Part shown: in pieces, positions 1 to 9,376 of the stretch | Position numbering within the stretch: the stretch's first letter is position 1 | Layout of the letters: each line of letters begins with the position of its first letter | Assembly: GCA_965222075.1 (NCBI GenBank) | Contig: OZ244937.1 | Location: 2,208,001 to 2,272,000 of the forward strand | From: Candidatus Latescibacterota bacterium | Lineage (GTDB): Bacteria; Latescibacterota; UBA2968; GCA-2709665 | Reading direction: 5' to 3' | DNA: 64,000 bases | Notes under the pieces: generated by a model | Database searches by the model: none | Told to the model about the DNA's origin: nothing | Seen by the model: only the letters and a program-made list of their open reading frames with translations | Made by a program: the position numbers and the translations under genes

Positions 1-94
1 CGCACCACCATAACAAGCATCTCCTGTTGAACCGCAAAGACACAGAGAGACTCGGGTATCGGGCTCTGCATCCTCTTTCGTCTCTGCGATCAAT

Positions 95-3000
95 TTAAAA
101 CCTCGCGCGCACCTCCACCCGTCCCAGGTGCAGCACCGGACGGCCCGGACGCCTGCGGCCGTCGTAGACCAGCAGCGCCGTCAGGTATCGGGCAAGCCGG
201 TAATCCACTCCCACCCGCCAGACCAAGTTGTGTCCTGCCCGATGTCCCTCGGCCATGCCCAAAAAGAGCGGCAGCCGTCCCGTTGCAGACACGCGGATCC
301 AGTCCAGGCTGCCCCGCACCCGTCCCCTCCCCGGCAGGCCCCGGATGACCTCCGGCTTCAGCGAAAGGCGGGCGGCGTCCAACCCCCGGACCTCCTCCCG
401 GTCCCATCCCATCCCCGCGCGCAGGCCCGTCTGCCAGCCCCGTGCAAAGCGCCAGCGCCCTCGGAGAGAAAATGCACCCGACCCGATGCCGTAGGCAAAA
501 GGCCCCTCCCCCTTCCTGTGACGGCGTCCACCCGACGCCTCCGTCTCCAGTTCAAACCCGGACCCGATCTGAAAACGTCCCAGAACCGCGCCCTCGGCAA
601 GGGCCTCCATTCCTCCTTCCGAAAGCGTCCGGTCCAGCCGGGACCGCTGCCGGGCAGAGATGCGAAACGACGCCCGGCGGCTGTAGCGAAAGAGATACAG
701 CCTGGTCCGGATGTCCCGTCGCCCGCTGATCACCTCGTTTCCGGACCAGAACCGGTACAGGTCCCAGGGCGCAACCCCACTGTATCCTGGAAGCACCCGC
801 CGGTCCGCCTCTAACGAAAGATCCAGCGACACCCCGGCCAGGAAGCGCTGCCAGCCTCCTGCCGGAGACCGCAGCAGGCGCTTGAGCGCCACCTCGAACC
901 GGGCGCCCAACACCGCCTCCCGCACCGGCCGAAATCCCCCATCATCCCCGTAAAACACCTCATAATCCCCATCCACATCCGGGACAAACTCCTCCCTGTC
1001 CTGCACCCCATCTCCGTCCACATCCTCCCAGAGGTAGATGCCCCGTCCCTGTCCCACATACACGAAAACCGGCTGCCGATTCGGCGCGCCCGTACTGGAA
1101 ATCCGGTAGGAAATCTGCTGCGACAGCGCTCCGTTGAACGGAGCATATCCCAGGCGCAGCCGGGCCAGGTCGGTGTGTCGGTCGCGCTCTCCCTGCTGTG
1201 GATACCGGACCGCGCTCCGGCTGTATTCTCCAGAAAGCGAAAGCCCGCCCCAGCCGGTTACCCCCGCCCGATGCCGGTGGGACCAGCTTTGAAGGCTGTC
1301 GCGCCATCCCCCCTCTAAGCGGTGCGTCCGGCGCAGGATCAGCGCCGACGTCCAGGACCAGGGGGTCCGGCTGCGGGTCGAAACATCCCAGGTCAGTTCC
1401 CGGACCTTTACCCCTTCGGGCATGCTGGCCCGCTCGGGAGCAAAGGCATAAAAAAGCGAAGACCCGCCAACCGCGCCCCCGTGTGCGGTCTCCGACGCGA
1501 ACCGGAAGCCTGGACGGACCTTCCAGAAGGCCGCAGACACCCTGCCCTGCCGCCGGGACAGGCGGCCGCCCCCCTGAGAGACCTCTTGGAAGAGATAGCG
1601 CACATCAGGCGCATGGGGCCTGGAAACCTCGATCCCCACTTCGCGGCGTGCCGCAGGGCGGCTCCCGTTCCGCCGGCCGTATTCCAGGTTGAACCGAACC
1701 CCCTGCGCCGGGATGTAATGAAGCGCCACCTCGCCTGACCGCTCATCGCCTCGCTCGGACTCCGAGCGCCACCCCCAGCGCCCCTCGGTCTCCACCCGGT
1801 CGATCCGGTCAAATCCGGAAAACCGGGCCCCCACCTGCCGGTAGGACCCGGCCAGCCTGATCCGGCCAAGCGATTGTCCTGCCACAGACAACGCGTTAGG
1901 CACAAGGTCGACCCCCACCCGGAAGGCCTTCCCCCGGCTCCGCTCCTGCTCATCGGGTGCAAGGGGGGTGGACGTCTTGTCGCTAAAGGCCAACTCTCCG
2001 CTCAAACTCACCCCCTCCAGGAGCGTGTACCTGGCGTCCAGAACCGTCACCTGCTGCAGCGAAGGGGTGGGCACGGGCACGGAAAGGCCGGCGGCAGGAA
2101 GGGCACGATCGGCCTCCCGGATAAACGTCGTCCCCAGCCAGAGACGGTCGTCGGCCAGGGCCAGCCTGCCCTGTAGCCCCACCATGCGGCGCCTCGATCC
2201 CCCGTCTAAGATCTGGTATTCCACCGAAATCCGGCTCTCCGCCGAAATCGGATGGGCCGGCGTAAAGGTCAAAAGCCCCCGTTCATAATCGATTGCATAG
2301 TCCTGCCCCTCTCCCCGCCTCAGCAGGCGGCCGTCTAAGTAGACCCGTTCCGATCCCGCCACCACCGGACCGCCGCCCCCTCCGGCTCCCCCTGAAAGTC
2401 GGTAGGGCCCCTGGTAGCCCTGGGAAGGCGCAATCCGGTGGGTCGCCCACCGTCCTTCGGACACCGCGCCGAAAAGCCTGGCCTCCCCTCCCGGCAGCGA
2501 GACTGCAAGCCTGGCCCCCTGCAGGCGCCGCCGGTACCGCCCAAACGTCGTCTCGCCGAAAACCACATCCTGGTCGCCCAGACCCGCCGACAAAGACCGG
2601 GACCGAACCTGGAAGGTGACCCGGTCGAGTTCCTGCAAACTCCGGGTCCGGCCCTCGGGCTGCAGAGGAAGATTCCGGTCCGAAAGCAGCGCAAGCACCT
2701 CCACCCCCTCCGTGACCTCTCCGGAGATGTGCACCCGCAGGGACTGCGTCAATTCAGGAGCCCGATCCGACCCGAACTCCACCTGGATACGCTTGGTCCC
2801 GCCGATATCCAGCCCGGGCCCGGCGGCGGCCGGTCCCTGGAAGGGTGCCTCCGCCCGCGCCTTTGGAGGACGCGGCTGCGGGGATGCCCCCTCCGTCCCT
2901 CCAGCCGGCCGCTCGCGACGCCGGTAGACCGGCCGCAGCACCTGTGGTGACTGCCGAAACCGGACCAGCACGGGCACCCCCCGGGGCAGATCTCGAAAAA

Positions 3001-3244
3001 AAGTCAGCAGGGCATCGTCAATCCGGTAGTCCAGTCCCCGCACCTGCAGACGACCCGCCACCCGGACCGATACGCTCACCTCTAAGATCGGACGGTCGGA
3101 GATACAATAGGGGCCCCGGCTGCCGTCCGCCTTAAACGTCCGCTCCATATCAAAAAGTGTAACCCGATCCGGACCGGCCCGGGCCGCGGCAGACAGGCCC
3201 AGGAGGCAGAAAAGCACCAGACGTGTGTAATTGGGCTTTACCAT
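95..3244 (-). CDS. Large exported/outer-membrane beta-barrel protein (FCB-conserved hypothetical, SprA-like motifs)
   Basis: 1049-aa ORF with an N-terminal signal peptide (LVLFCLLGLSAAARA). Motifs SDRNLPLQPEG and GSERVYLDG..DYAIDYERGLLTF. Alternating beta-strand pattern in the C-terminal half and a terminal Phe. Confidence 0.65.
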   Translation of the reverse strand: MVKPNYTRLVLFCLLGLSAAARAGPDRVTLFDMERTFKADGSRGPYCISDRPILEVSVSVRVAGRLQVRGLDYRIDDALLTFFRDLPRGVPVLVRFRQSPQVLRPVYRRRERPAGGTEGASPQPRPPKARAEAPFQGPAAAGPGLDIGGTKRIQVEFGSDRAPELTQSLRVHISGEVTEGVEVLALLSDRNLPLQPEGRTRSLQELDRVTFQVRSRSLSAGLGDQDVVFGETTFGRYRRRLQGARLAVSLPGGEARLFGAVSEGRWATHRIAPSQGYQGPYRLSGGAGGGGGPVVAGSERVYLDGRLLRRGEGQDYAIDYERGLLTFTPAHPISAESRISVEYQILDGGSRRRMVGLQGRLALADDRLWLGTTFIREADRALPAAGLSVPVPTPSLQQVTVLDARYTLLEGVSLSGELAFSDKTSTPLAPDEQERSRGKAFRVGVDLVPNALSVAGQSLGRIRLAGSYRQVGARFSGFDRIDRVETEGRWGWRSESERGDERSGEVALHYIPAQGVRFNLEYGRRNGSRPAARREVGIEVSRPHAPDVRYLFQEVSQGGGRLSRRQGRVSAAFWKVRPGFRFASETAHGGAVGGSSLFYAFAPERASMPEGVKVRELTWDVSTRSRTPWSWTSALILRRTHRLEGGWRDSLQSWSHRHRAGVTGWGGLSLSGEYSRSAVRYPQQGERDRHTDLARLRLGYAPFNGALSQQISYRISSTGAPNRQPVFVYVGQGRGIYLWEDVDGDGVQDREEFVPDVDGDYEVFYGDDGGFRPVREAVLGARFEVALKRLLRSPAGGWQRFLAGVSLDLSLEADRRVLPGYSGVAPWDLYRFWSGNEVISGRRDIRTRLYLFRYSRRASFRISARQRSRLDRTLSEGGMEALAEGAVLGRFQIGSGFELETEASGGRRHRKGEGPFAYGIGSGAFSLRGRWRFARGWQTGLRAGMGWDREEVRGLDAARLSLKPEVIRGLPGRGRVRGSLDWIRVSATGRLPLFLGMAEGHRAGHNLVWRVGVDYRLARYLTALLVYDGRRRPGRPVLHLGRVEVRARF

Positions 3245-3274
3245 AATGATCCCAATTCAACATCAAGTCAAACA

Positions 3275-3319
3275 GACGACGGACGACGGCTTTAGAGGGT
3301 TGACCGTGGTCCGTCGTCT
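3275..3319. repeat. 45-bp dispersed hairpin repeat, copy 1 (GACGACG heptamer arms)
   Basis: 40/45 identical to 18748-18792. The arms GACGACGGACGACGG and CCGTGGTCCGTCGTC are imperfect reverse complements. Confidence 0.85.
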
Positions 3320-3324
3320 CACAC

Positions 3325-3363
3325 AAAAAACGGGATATCCCGACCACAGAACGGAATATCCCG
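3325..3363 (-). terminator. Intrinsic terminator after the NHL gene
   Basis: Minus strand reads CGGGATATTCCG-loop-CGGGATATCCCG followed by TTTTTT. Confidence 0.75.
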
Positions 3364-3384
3364 GCTCTACTTCAAACGTCCCCC

Positions 3385-4344
3385 TCAACGGCGGGGGACG
3401 AGGATCTGGAATTTCTGCACGCGGCTGTTCCCTGTATCCAGCACGTAGAGCACATTGCGCGGCCCCAGCACCAGCCCCCGAGGGCCCTTGAAGGTCCCGG
3501 ATTTCTGTCCTGGCTCGGGCCCGCCGATCCACTTGAGAACCTCTCCGCTTTCCAGGTCAAAAACCAGCACCCGGTGGTGCCCGGTATCTGCCACGAAAAG
3601 CGTGCCCTTCACACCTACGCAGACCCCGGCAGGCTCTGATAGCGTCCCTTCTCCCAGGCCCCGCTTGAAATTGCCAAACCGATCAAAAACCGCAATCCGA
3701 TCGTTTTCGCTGTCGCAGACGTAGACCTCTGCCTTCTCACCCACCGCAAGCCCGAGGGGACGCCGCAGTCTGCCGGCGCCGTAGCCGTATCCCCCAAAAC
3801 TACGATCCGTCTGGTTGTACGTGCTGATCTGCACCATCTGGTCGGCATCGGTATCGCTCACATACAGCTCACCCTCTTCAGAAACCGCAATCCCGCCCAG
3901 CGCTCCCAGGGCGATCGGGCCTTCCACATCCTGTCCTCCCACCAGGCCCAGCAGACGGAAGTGCGGGCTGAAAATCTGGATCCGGTGATTGCGGCCATCG
4001 GCCACATACAGCTCCAGCCCTCCCCTCCCAACCGCCACCCCTGCGGGCCGATTGAACTGGCCCGCATCCCAGCCGAACCCACCCACTTCGGACAGGTAAC
4101 CCCCATCCAGATCGAATTTCTGAATGCGGTCATTCCCGGTATCGGCCACATAAAGACTCCCGACAGGGTCCACGGTAATCCCGGAAGGATCGTGAAACTG
4201 CCCCTGCCCGTTCCCTTTCTGACCAAACGCCGAAACAAACCGGAAATCCACCTTTACCGGCGCCGCCTTTTGCGCAAACGCGCTCCCGGCAAGGAGAAAG
4301 AACCAAATCAATACGCGGCAAATCGCCCAAATTGCAATTTGCAA
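3385..4344 (-). CDS. Secreted NHL-repeat beta-propeller protein
   Basis: Repeated F..P.GI.VD..G.LYVADTGN.RIQ.F units and a signal peptide ending AFA. Confidence 0.9.
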   Translation of the reverse strand: MQIAIWAICRVLIWFFLLAGSAFAQKAAPVKVDFRFVSAFGQKGNGQGQFHDPSGITVDPVGSLYVADTGNDRIQKFDLDGGYLSEVGGFGWDAGQFNRPAGVAVGRGGLELYVADGRNHRIQIFSPHFRLLGLVGGQDVEGPIALGALGGIAVSEEGELYVSDTDADQMVQISTYNQTDRSFGGYGYGAGRLRRPLGLAVGEKAEVYVCDSENDRIAVFDRFGNFKRGLGEGTLSEPAGVCVGVKGTLFVADTGHHRVLVFDLESGEVLKWIGGPEPGQKSGTFKGPRGLVLGPRNVLYVLDTGNSRVQKFQILVPRR

Positions 4345-4368
4345 TTCCCTATCCTTTCATATCCTGTC

Positions 4369-5592
4369 CTATAGCTTCAAATTCTGCTGAATGCTCTCCA
4401 CCGCCCGCGCCACATCCTCGTGGTGCCCAAACGCACTCAGCCTGAAATAGCCCTCGCCGCCTGGCCCGAACCCGGCCCCCGGCGTGCCTACCACATGCGC
4501 CTCTGCAAGAAGCTGATCAAAGAAATTCCACGAACCCATCCCACGGGGCGTCACCATCCAAAGATAGGGCGCATGCACCCCCCCGTACACCTTAACCCCT
4601 ATCGCCTCAAGCGCCGTGCGAATCCGTCTCGCATTCTCCATATAATAATCCACGGTGCCCTGACACTCTCTTTTTCCCTCTTCCGTAAACGCCGCGAGCG
4701 CCCCCTCCTGAACAATGTTCGAAGCGCCGTTAAACATCGTGCTCTGACGTCGCATCCAGAGTGCATTCACCTTGCCGGGTTCTGTCCCCTCCACCACCAG
4801 GTCCATAGGAACCACGCTCCAGCCTAAGCGCACGCCGGTAAACCCGATATCCTTGGAAAAACTGTTGATCTCAACCGCGCATTCCCCGGCCCCATCCACC
4901 TCATAAATGCTCCTGGGCAGATCCGGATCGGAGATATAGGCACAATAGGCCGCATCAAAAATAACCACAGCCTTGTGTTCCCGGGCATAATTGACAAACT
5001 TCTGCAGCTGCGCTTTGGTTGCAACGGCCCCTGTGGGATTGTTGGGATTGCACAGATAGATCAGGTCCACCTTCCCCTCAGGCAGCTCGGGAAAAAACCC
5101 ATTCTCGTCCGTGCAGGGCATATAAACCAGCCCACCGTACTGCCCATCCACACACACACCGGTCCGCCCGGCAATCACATTGCTGTCCACATACACAGGA
5201 TAGGCCGGATCCTGCACGGCAACGACATTCTCCAGGCCAAAAATCGACTGGATGTTGGCGGAATCGGGCTTTGCGCCGTCACTCACAAATATCTCCGACG
5301 GGTCGAGCGTCACACTGTAGCCGGCATAGCGCTCCACCAGCGCTTCTCTCAGTTGGGTTGTGCCCTCATAATCTCCATATCCGGTATAGGTCTCCACATC
5401 CGCCAGCTTATCCACCCCCTGGTGAAGGCCGGCCACAATGGCTGGCGTTAAAGTCTCGGTAGTATCCCCGATGCCCAGGCGCATCACCTCAACACCGGGA
5501 TTTGCTTCCAGGAACGCCTGCGTTCTCCTGGCAATCTCAGGAAAAAGATATCCCGCTGCAAGTTTGTCGTAGTGGGAATTAAGGGTTGCCAT
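4369..5592 (-). CDS. dapL: LL-diaminopimelate aminotransferase
   Basis: GYLFPEI, LGIGD, SDGAK.D, PNNPTG and the PLP-lysine motif SFSK..GFTGVRLGW. Confidence 0.95.
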   Translation of the reverse strand: MATLNSHYDKLAAGYLFPEIARRTQAFLEANPGVEVMRLGIGDTTETLTPAIVAGLHQGVDKLADVETYTGYGDYEGTTQLREALVERYAGYSVTLDPSEIFVSDGAKPDSANIQSIFGLENVVAVQDPAYPVYVDSNVIAGRTGVCVDGQYGGLVYMPCTDENGFFPELPEGKVDLIYLCNPNNPTGAVATKAQLQKFVNYAREHKAVVIFDAAYCAYISDPDLPRSIYEVDGAGECAVEINSFSKDIGFTGVRLGWSVVPMDLVVEGTEPGKVNALWMRRQSTMFNGASNIVQEGALAAFTEEGKRECQGTVDYYMENARRIRTALEAIGVKVYGGVHAPYLWMVTPRGMGSWNFFDQLLAEAHVVGTPGAGFGPGGEGYFRLSAFGHHEDVARAVESIQQNLKL

Positions 5593-5651
5593 CTTCTCTT
5601 TGTGTCCTTTCTTTAAAACCTTCTCATCTTTCGCCGCCTCTCCAACCCAAC

Positions 5652-5680
5652 AATATATGCAGCTTCCCCGACGATGTCAA
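5652..5680 (-). promoter_or_regulatory. Sigma70-type promoter for dapL
   Basis: TTGACA-17 bp-TATATT on the minus strand. Confidence 0.75.
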
Positions 5681-5706
5681 AAGGTCTACAGCCCCTTGTC
5701 CACCAC

Positions 5707-5748
5707 AAAAAAATCGCCACTTTCAAAGGGGGGCTGAAAGCGACGATT
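5707..5748 (-). terminator. Intrinsic terminator of the rplM-frr operon
   Basis: AATCGTCGCTTTCA/TGAAAGTGGCGATT stem plus a T-tract directly after the frr stop. Confidence 0.8.
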
Positions 5749-5771
5749 ACAGGAACGGGGTCCCAGAAACA

Positions 5772-6329
5772 TCAGACTTCCATAATCTCCTTTTCTTTTC
5801 CCTCCAGAATCTCGTCGACTTCCCCGACAAACGCATCGGTCAGCTTCTGAACCTGTTCCTGGCCCCGTTTGGCGTCATCCTCGGGGACCTCGCCATCCTT
5901 CCGGGCCTCTTTGAGCAGGTCGTTGGCATCACGGCGGGCGTTTCGAATAGAAACCCGACCCTCTTCCGCCATCTGCCGCACCACCCGCACCAGTTCCTCC
6001 CGACGCTCCTCGGTCAGCTGCGGAATCGGCAACCGGATGATACTGCCGTCATTGGAAGGCACCAGACCCAGGTTCGAGGCCAGAATAGCCTTTTCAACGG
6101 CGGGAATGGCGCTCTTGTCCCAGGGCTGAATTGTAATCAGGCGGGGTTCTGGCACTCCCATATTGGCCACCTGATTGATCGGAACCTGAGACCCGTAGTA
6201 CTCTACCCGAATCGCATCTAAAAGGGCCATATTGGCCCGGCTGGTACGGACCGTGGCGGTTTCGTACCGAAAGGCCTCTACGGACTTCCGCATTGCACGC
6301 CTGGTATCGGCAAGAATTTCATCAACCAA
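5772..6329 (-). CDS. frr: Ribosome recycling factor
   Basis: VRTSRAN..LLD.I.VEYYG, IQPWDK, P.LTEERR.ELV. TTG start. Confidence 0.97.
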   Translation of the reverse strand: MVDEILADTRRAMRKSVEAFRYETATVRTSRANMALLDAIRVEYYGSQVPINQVANMGVPEPRLITIQPWDKSAIPAVEKAILASNLGLVPSNDGSIIRLPIPQLTEERREELVRVVRQMAEEGRVSIRNARRDANDLLKEARKDGEVPEDDAKRGQEQVQKLTDAFVGEVDEILEGKEKEIMEV

Positions 6330-6401
6330 TGGCTACCCCCTTTGAAGCCGGCAAACGGCAAACGGCCCCCACCACAGGTAAAAATCCACGTTTCACGGCC
6401 T

Positions 6402-7004
6402 TTACCCGCTCTCTTCACCCAGCACGTATCGCACAAAACGCCGAATGCTCACATTTTCACCGCTCTTGGCCGCAAGCTCCGTCTCCAGGTCTTTGACCGT
6501 CTTATCGAGATCCTTGACAAAGGGCTGCTCTAACAGACAGACCTCCTGGTAGTACTTTTCGAGACGCCCTTCCACAATCCGGTCGACCACGTTCTCCGGT
6601 TTCCCTTCCCCAAGGGCCTGCTCCCGGTAAATCCCGCGCTCCCTTTCCACGACCACAGGGTCCAGATCCTCTCGGCTAACCGCTAAGGGAGCATTCGCGG
6701 CAATATGCATGGCCACATCCCTGGCAAAGGCCTGAAACTCATCGGTTCGGGCCACAAAATCGGTCTCGCTGTTGACCTCGACCATCACCCCAAGCTTGTT
6801 TCCGGTATGGATGTAAGAGACAATAGCCCCCTCTCTGGCCGCCCGCCCCATACGGTCTTCCGCCTTGGCGATACCGCGCTTTCGAAGAACCTCGATCGCC
6901 CTCTCCATATCCCCGTCGGTTTCCTCAAGCGCACGTTTGCAATCCATCATCCCAACGTTGGTTTTTGCGCGCAACTCCTGAACCTGTTTTGCAGAAATTG
7001 CCAT
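6402..7004 (-). CDS. tsf: Elongation factor Ts (short ~200-aa form)
   Basis: V.ELR.KT..GMMDCKRAL, NSETDFVAR, CLLEQPFVKD. Confidence 0.97.
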   Translation of the reverse strand: MAISAKQVQELRAKTNVGMMDCKRALEETDGDMERAIEVLRKRGIAKAEDRMGRAAREGAIVSYIHTGNKLGVMVEVNSETDFVARTDEFQAFARDVAMHIAANAPLAVSREDLDPVVVERERGIYREQALGEGKPENVVDRIVEGRLEKYYQEVCLLEQPFVKDLDKTVKDLETELAAKSGENVSIRRFVRYVLGEESG

Positions 7005-7052
7005 AATCTCGTTCTCCCTGCAAGCATAAGCGCCGCGAACAATAATTGGTCT

Positions 7053-7829
7053 CTACTGGGTAATCTCTGTAATCTCAGGTCCCGATACGACCCCGGCTTC
7101 CGCCCTGCCCCCCTCTTCTGCAGGGGTCTGCGCCGAATGCTCTTTTCGGACTTTCTGACCTTCGATCACGGCATCGGCCATAAGCCGGGTAATCAGGGCA
7201 ATAGACCGGATGGCATCGTCGTTGCCTGGAATAGGATAGTCGATCTCGTCGGGATTACAGTTGGTATCTACAATGGACACAATGGGGATCTCCAGACGGT
7301 TGGCCTCTCCCACGGCAATCTTCTCCTTCTTGGTATCCACAATAACGACCAGCCCCGGCAGGCGCCCCATATTTCGGATTCCACTCAGAGACTTCTCAAG
7401 CTTACCCCGTTCTCTGTCCAGTTGCAAAACCTCTTTCTTCGTCAGGCGCTCGTAAGAACCGTCTGTACCCATCTTATCTAAGGCTTCAAGACGCCGAATA
7501 CTCTGACGAATGGTTTGAAAATTGGTCAGCATCCCGCCCAACCAGCGCTCGGTAACATGGAACATGTCGCATCGCTCAGCTTCACGGAGAACCACATCTT
7601 GGGACTGCTTTTTGGTGCCGACAAAAAGAACCGGTTTGCCGTTTTCGACAGCTTCACGCACGACCTGATAGGCCTGTTCGATATGTCTCAGTGTTTTTTG
7701 AAGATCGATAATATAAATGCCGTTGCGTTCTGTAAAAATATACTTCTTCATTTTCGGGTCCCACCTGCGCGTCTGGTGCCCGAAATGCACCCCGGCTTCA
7801 AGGAGCTCCTTCATCGTAACAACAGCCAT
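7053..7829 (-). CDS. rpsB: 30S ribosomal protein S2
   Basis: [38 protein letters not shown]. Confidence 0.99.
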   Translation of the reverse strand: MAVVTMKELLEAGVHFGHQTRRWDPKMKKYIFTERNGIYIIDLQKTLRHIEQAYQVVREAVENGKPVLFVGTKKQSQDVVLREAERCDMFHVTERWLGGMLTNFQTIRQSIRRLEALDKMGTDGSYERLTKKEVLQLDRERGKLEKSLSGIRNMGRLPGLVVIVDTKKEKIAVGEANRLEIPIVSIVDTNCNPDEIDYPIPGNDDAIRSIALITRLMADAVIEGQKVRKEHSAQTPAEEGGRAEAGVVSGPEITEITQ

Positions 7830-7851
7830 TGATACCTCCTGAACATATACT

Positions 7852-7927
7852 GGGTTTATCCTCTGTACCCGTCATCTCGCAGCCCCGTCAGAGATCGACA
7901 CCCAAGCCGCGATCGGGATACATGTGA
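7852..7927 (-). promoter_or_regulatory. rpsB (S2) autoregulatory leader, t44-like
   Basis: Minus strand CACATG-stem..GGGTG..-GAGGATAAACC immediately upstream of the rpsB SD. This matches the layout of known S2 leaders; no covariance model was run. Confidence 0.6.
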
Positions 7928-7995
7928 ATTTGGCACACCCCTCAGGGATGCCTGTAAAGCCATGCAGCCTGTCAGGTTAGACGCTATGAACAGGC

Positions 7996-8388
7996 TTACC
8001 GCTTGGAGAACTGGAAGCGTTTGCGTGCACCGGGCTGCCCCGGCTTTTTACGCTCTACCTCTCGGGCATCGCGCGTTAGCATACCGGCCGCTCGGAGCGG
8101 TTTTCTCAGATCTTCGTCCATAGCCAGAAGACTCCGGGCAATGCCCAGGCGGATCGCGCCCGCCTGACCGCTTAAGCCTCCCCCTTTGGCGCGGGCTACG
8201 ATGTCGTACCTCCCCATCGACTCCGTGATCTGGAGAGGGCGTTCCACCAGCAGCACCAGCGTCTCTCGCTTCAGATAATCCAGGACCGGTCTTCCGTTAA
8301 CCGTAATCTGGCCGGAACCGGAGAAAACCTGAACGTTCGCTGTCGCGTTTTTGCGTCGACCTGTAGCAGAAACAAGTGGTTCGGGCAA
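7996..8388 (-). CDS. rpsI: 30S ribosomal protein S9
   Basis: ATGRRK.A.A, GGG.SGQAGAIRLGI.R, C-terminal QFSKR. Confidence 0.98.
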   Translation of the reverse strand: MPEPLVSATGRRKNATANVQVFSGSGQITVNGRPVLDYLKRETLVLLVERPLQITESMGRYDIVARAKGGGLSGQAGAIRLGIARSLLAMDEDLRKPLRAAGMLTRDAREVERKKPGQPGARKRFQFSKR

Positions 8389-8432
8389 AAAGTCACCTCC
8401 TTTCGCCAGCCATTGGAAAGATCCGAATCCGA

Positions 8433-8867
8433 TCAGGCAAAATCGATCGGCTCGGGACTCTGGCTTTGATGCGGATGCTCGGCCCCCACATAGATCCGGA
8501 CCTTCTTCATCATCTTGCGGCCCAGCCTGTTGCGCGGAAGCATGCCTTTAATAGCGTGTTCTAATACAAACTCGGGCTGGGTCTCAAGTAACCTTTTGAG
8601 GCTTTTGGTCTTGAGCCCCCCCGGATATCCGCTGTAGCTCGTGTAAACCTTATCCTCGGGTTTGTTGTTGCCCGTAACACGGATTTTACCGGCGTTGACG
8701 ATCACCACGTGATCGCCGGTATCGATATGGGGGGTATAAATCGGTTTGTGTTTCCCTCTGAGTATCCTGGCCACTTCGCTTGCAAACCGCCCCAGCACCT
8801 TCCCTTTTGCATCGGCCACGTACCATTTTCGTTCCACGTCGCTCGCTTTGGCGCTCATCGTCTTCAT
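8433..8867 (-). CDS. rplM: 50S ribosomal protein L13
   Basis: [37 protein letters not shown]. Confidence 0.99.
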   Translation of the reverse strand: MKTMSAKASDVERKWYVADAKGKVLGRFASEVARILRGKHKPIYTPHIDTGDHVVIVNAGKIRVTGNNKPEDKVYTSYSGYPGGLKTKSLKRLLETQPEFVLEHAIKGMLPRNRLGRKMMKKVRIYVGAEHPHQSQSPEPIDFA

Positions 8868-8952
8868 ATCCAGACGGCGTCATCCATGGGAAATGCCGCC
8901 CTTATGTCACCTCCTCTCTCACTCAGCTGTAAATTTAGGTGTTAAGCTTCAA

Positions 8953-8980
8953 AAGATATATATCAACATTTTTTTGTCAA
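8953..8980 (-). promoter_or_regulatory. Candidate rplM operon promoter
   Basis: TTGACA-16 bp-TATCTT in an AT-rich tract. Confidence 0.6.
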
Positions 8981-9014
8981 GGAATAATCCGGCCGGAACA
9001 GCGCCTCTGGAGAC

Positions 9015-9272
9015 AAAAAAGCGCCACACGACGGGAGACCGGTTGCCCGATCACATCTCCGTGCGGCGCAATACGTTCGACAGCCTCCATCTCACGGAAC
9101 CTCAAACTGCTGATGGCCCGCCGAGATGACGAATTGCGTGTCGTTCGGTGACTGTTTAGATTCGCCAGGTGCGCTACCGATCGAGATGTAGATCCCGCTC
9201 CTGGCGAGCGCATCTAACTACAGCCACCTCCACTGGTCGTATCGCTCATTAGACCACCTCCTTTCTGTGTAA
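9015..9272 (-). ncRNA. Candidate structured small RNA or micro-ORF transcript of unknown family
   Basis: Has its own promoter (9278-9306), AGAAAGGAGGTG at 9255-9266, long hairpins at 9147-9228, 9067-9138 and 9021-9069, and a T6 tail at 9015-9020. Confidence 0.6.
9214..9249 (-). CDS. 11-aa micro-ORF MSDTTSGGGCS
   Basis: ATG lies 5 nt after an extended SD and the ORF ends in TAG. Translation is not demonstrated. Confidence 0.4.
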   Translation of the reverse strand: MSDTTSGGGCS

Positions 9273-9277
9273 TCGAA

Positions 9278-9306
9278 AATATAGGGTATCCCCAGGAGGA
9301 AGTCAA
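9278..9306 (-). promoter_or_regulatory. Sigma70-type promoter for the 9015-9272 unit
   Basis: TTGACT-17 bp-TATATT. Confidence 0.75.
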
Positions 9307-9376
9307 TCGCTTTTTCTCCATCGCCCGGCACCCCCCACCCCTCCCGGCACCGCCAAAGTTCAAGTCGGAACTTTTT

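Noticed and set aside
8977-9249. In-frame TAG read-through (pyrrolysine-like) joining the micro-ORF to the 78-aa ORF
   Set aside because: The downstream frame is S/R-rich, not protein-like, and runs through the terminator. No pyl genes are in the window.
9255-9266. Plus-strand CACCTCCTTTCT looks like the 16S rRNA 3' end
   Set aside because: No 16S sequence lies upstream. It is better read as an extended SD on the minus strand.
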